Assembly (NCBI GenBank): GCA_053919585.1
Contig: CM132790.1
Source of the DNA: Euprymna scolopes
Lineage: Eukaryota
DNA length: 64,000 nt
Strand: one strand, 5' to 3'
Part shown: positions 61,607 to 64,000 of the stretch, piece by piece
Layout of the letters: every line of letters begins with the position of its first letter
Numbering within the stretch: the first letter of the stretch is position 1
Translations under genes and position numbers: made by a program
The notes under the pieces: model-generated
The model's database searches: none
Told to the model about the DNA's origin: nothing
The model's input: the letters and a program-made list of their open reading frames with translations, nothing else

Positions 61607-62744
61607 GTCTGTTGCTGCTATGAAGAAAGGTAGATTGAGAAATTTGACTGGAGCTAATTCTTCGGCAGAAAACTTTCAAAGTTACTTTTATACCTTAAAA
61701 TTGGGTCGAATGTAAATAATTTTTCTTAGTCTTTTTTATTCATAACCGACTTTAGACTTGCTAAGTCTGTTTATCAATCTGTCTTTCCTGGGCTGACCGA
61801 CAGCCTACTTGTGACGTGTCTAATTTTCGTTGGTCTGTCACGTTTAATCTGTAGATATCATTTTTATCGATGAACAGGCTAAGAAATGAACACATCTTAC
61901 GAATATCAAATCTGATTTAGGTGAAAACTCCCAATGAAAATACATAAGGTAATACCGGCTCCATGACATATTGATTGATATAATGCAGTGCAAATAATAA
62001 AGGGATAGCTTAATTTATGAAAAGCAGGAATGAGAAAAGGCCTGGATATTAAACGCCAATTTCTAATTACGATGACGTCATAGTTCAATAAATATGGTTT
62101 ATTATAATTGCTTGCACAAGCGAATGACAGAGAGGGAGTGAGCTTCGCCGCCTTCCCACTCACACGCTTTTCTAACGATGGAGATGTCATATTAATTATT
62201 CACTTTGAGTGTGACTTGATTTAATTAAATGCTTTCTTTAGAATTCTGTATTCTGTAAACGTTCTGTCTCTTCGATTTGTCATCTTTTCCCGCCCGGCAT
62301 TAGCCATTTCGTTTATTAAATATTTCATCAAAGTACGTTCCAATCGTATAGTTCACAATAAAAAGGGACAACTGACTCCTTTCTGTCTCAATGTATCTCT
62401 CGACAAAGTCTACTGACTGCTTTGATAAGATGTAGGAATTTCTTGTCAAGTTTATTTTGAGCATTTGATGAGACGGATGTGTGTAGACCAAATTCAGCAT
62501 GTGTTAAGATATTTGTATGTGTAAGTCCACGCCTAAATAAATTCTCTCCAAAGCAAATTAACTTATGAATTTTAAAACACGCCTGTTAGGTGTAAAAGGT
62601 CAAAATGTTGGCTTAGTCAAATATATTTCAATGCAAAGCGGGTAAAAGTGAGTGAAAACCCGTTAGGAAAGTTTTGTGAAATTTTAACAATAGGTGAAAG
62701 GCATCAATCAATATTTCTGAAATTTCAGATTTTTGTGGTATCTT

Positions 62745-64000
62745 AGGGAGCATAATATGAATACAACGAAGATTGGAAATTTTAAAGGTTTTTAAGAGGG
62801 CATAATATGAATACAACTAAAATTGGAAAATTCAAACGGACTTTAGGGGGCATAATATGAATACAACTAAAATTGGAAAATTCAAAGGGACATTAGGGGG
62901 CATAATATGAATACAACTAAAATTAGAAAATTCAAAGGGACATTAGGGGGCATAATATGAATACAACTAAAATTGGAAAATTCAAACGGACTTTAGGGGG
63001 CATAATATGAATACAACTAAAATTGGAAAATTCAAAGGGACATTAGAGGGCATAATATGAATACAAATTCAAAGGGACATTAGGGGGCATAATATGAATA
63101 CAACTAAAATTGGAAAATTCAAACGGACTTTAGGGGGCATAATATGAATACAACTAAAATTGGAAAATTCAAAGGGACATTAGGGGGCATAATATGAATA
63201 CAAATTCAAAGGGACATTAGGGGGCATAATATGAATACAACTAAAATTGGAAAATTCAAAGGGACTTTAAGGTGCATAATATGATTACAACTAAAATTGG
63301 AAAATTCAAAGGGACATTAGGGGGCATAATATGAATACAAATTCAAAGGGACATTAGGGGGCATAATATGAATACAACTAAAATTGGAAAATTCAAACGG
63401 ACATTAGGGGGCATAATATGAATACAACTAAAATTGGAAAATTCAAAGGGACATTAGGGGGCATAATATGAATACAACTAAAATTGGAAAATTCAAACGG
63501 ACTTTAGGGGGCATAATATGAATACAACTAAAATTGAAAAATCAAAGGGACATTAGAGGGGAATAATATGAATACAAATTCAAAGGGACATTAGGGGGCA
63601 TAATATGAATACAACTAAAATTGGAAAATTCAAACGGACTTTAGGGGGCATAATATGAATACAACTAAAATTGGAAAATTCAAAGGGACATTAGGGGGCA
63701 TAATATGAATACAAATTCAAAGGGACATTAGGGGGCATAATATGAATACAACTAAAATTGGAAAATTCAAACCGACTTTAGGGGTCATAATATGAATACA
63801 AATAAAATTGGAAAATTCAAAGGGACATTAGGGGGCATAATATGAATACAAGTAAAATTGGAAAATTCAAACGGACTTTAAGGTGCATAATATGATTACA
63901 ACTAAAATTGGAAAATTCAAAGGGACTTACGGGGCATAATATGAATACAACTAAAATTGGAAAATTCAAACGGACTTAAGGGGGCATAATATGAATACAA
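62745..64000. repeat. 50-bp satellite array with a 37-bp deletion variant, running off the window
   Basis: Unit cataatatgaatacaactaaaattggaaaattcaaa(gggacat/cggactt)taggggg at 62801, 62851, 62901 and onward. Confidence 0.98.

Noticed and set aside
62745-64000. ttaggggg-containing array as telomeric repeat or CRISPR
   Set aside because: It is a 50-bp satellite, not (TTAGGG)n, and has no spacers.

Overview
AT-rich, gapped (about a dozen short N runs) animal genomic DNA made almost entirely of repeats. The repeat style suggests an octopod cephalopod, which is an inference from recognition, not a search. I found no host protein-coding exon. Contents: (1) a 5'-truncated Naiad-type Penelope-like element (PLE) sitting in (TA)n, whose 351-aa ORF has an unusual 106-aa spacer inside the GIY-YIG motif and whose 3' end carries a near-intact hammerhead ribozyme (HHR); (2) a second, Penelope/Poseidon-type PLE remnant; (3) about 11 HHR-like motifs, several directly downstream of tRNA-like Pol III heads. 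These suggest at least three families of Pol III SINE/retrozyme-like elements and are the most interesting system here; (4) many non-autonomous Lep1-like Helitrons, with head-to-tail dimers, swapped 3' ends and captured tRNA pieces; (5) decayed CR1/L2-group and R4/Dong-type LINEs, mariner/Tc1 remnants, tRNA- and 5S-derived sequences; (6) TA-embedded palindromes and three tandem arrays (30 bp; 21-22 bp, apparently born from LINE coding sequence; 50 bp with a 137-bp higher-order pattern). All alignments and folds were done by eye, and the boundaries of decayed elements are approximate.
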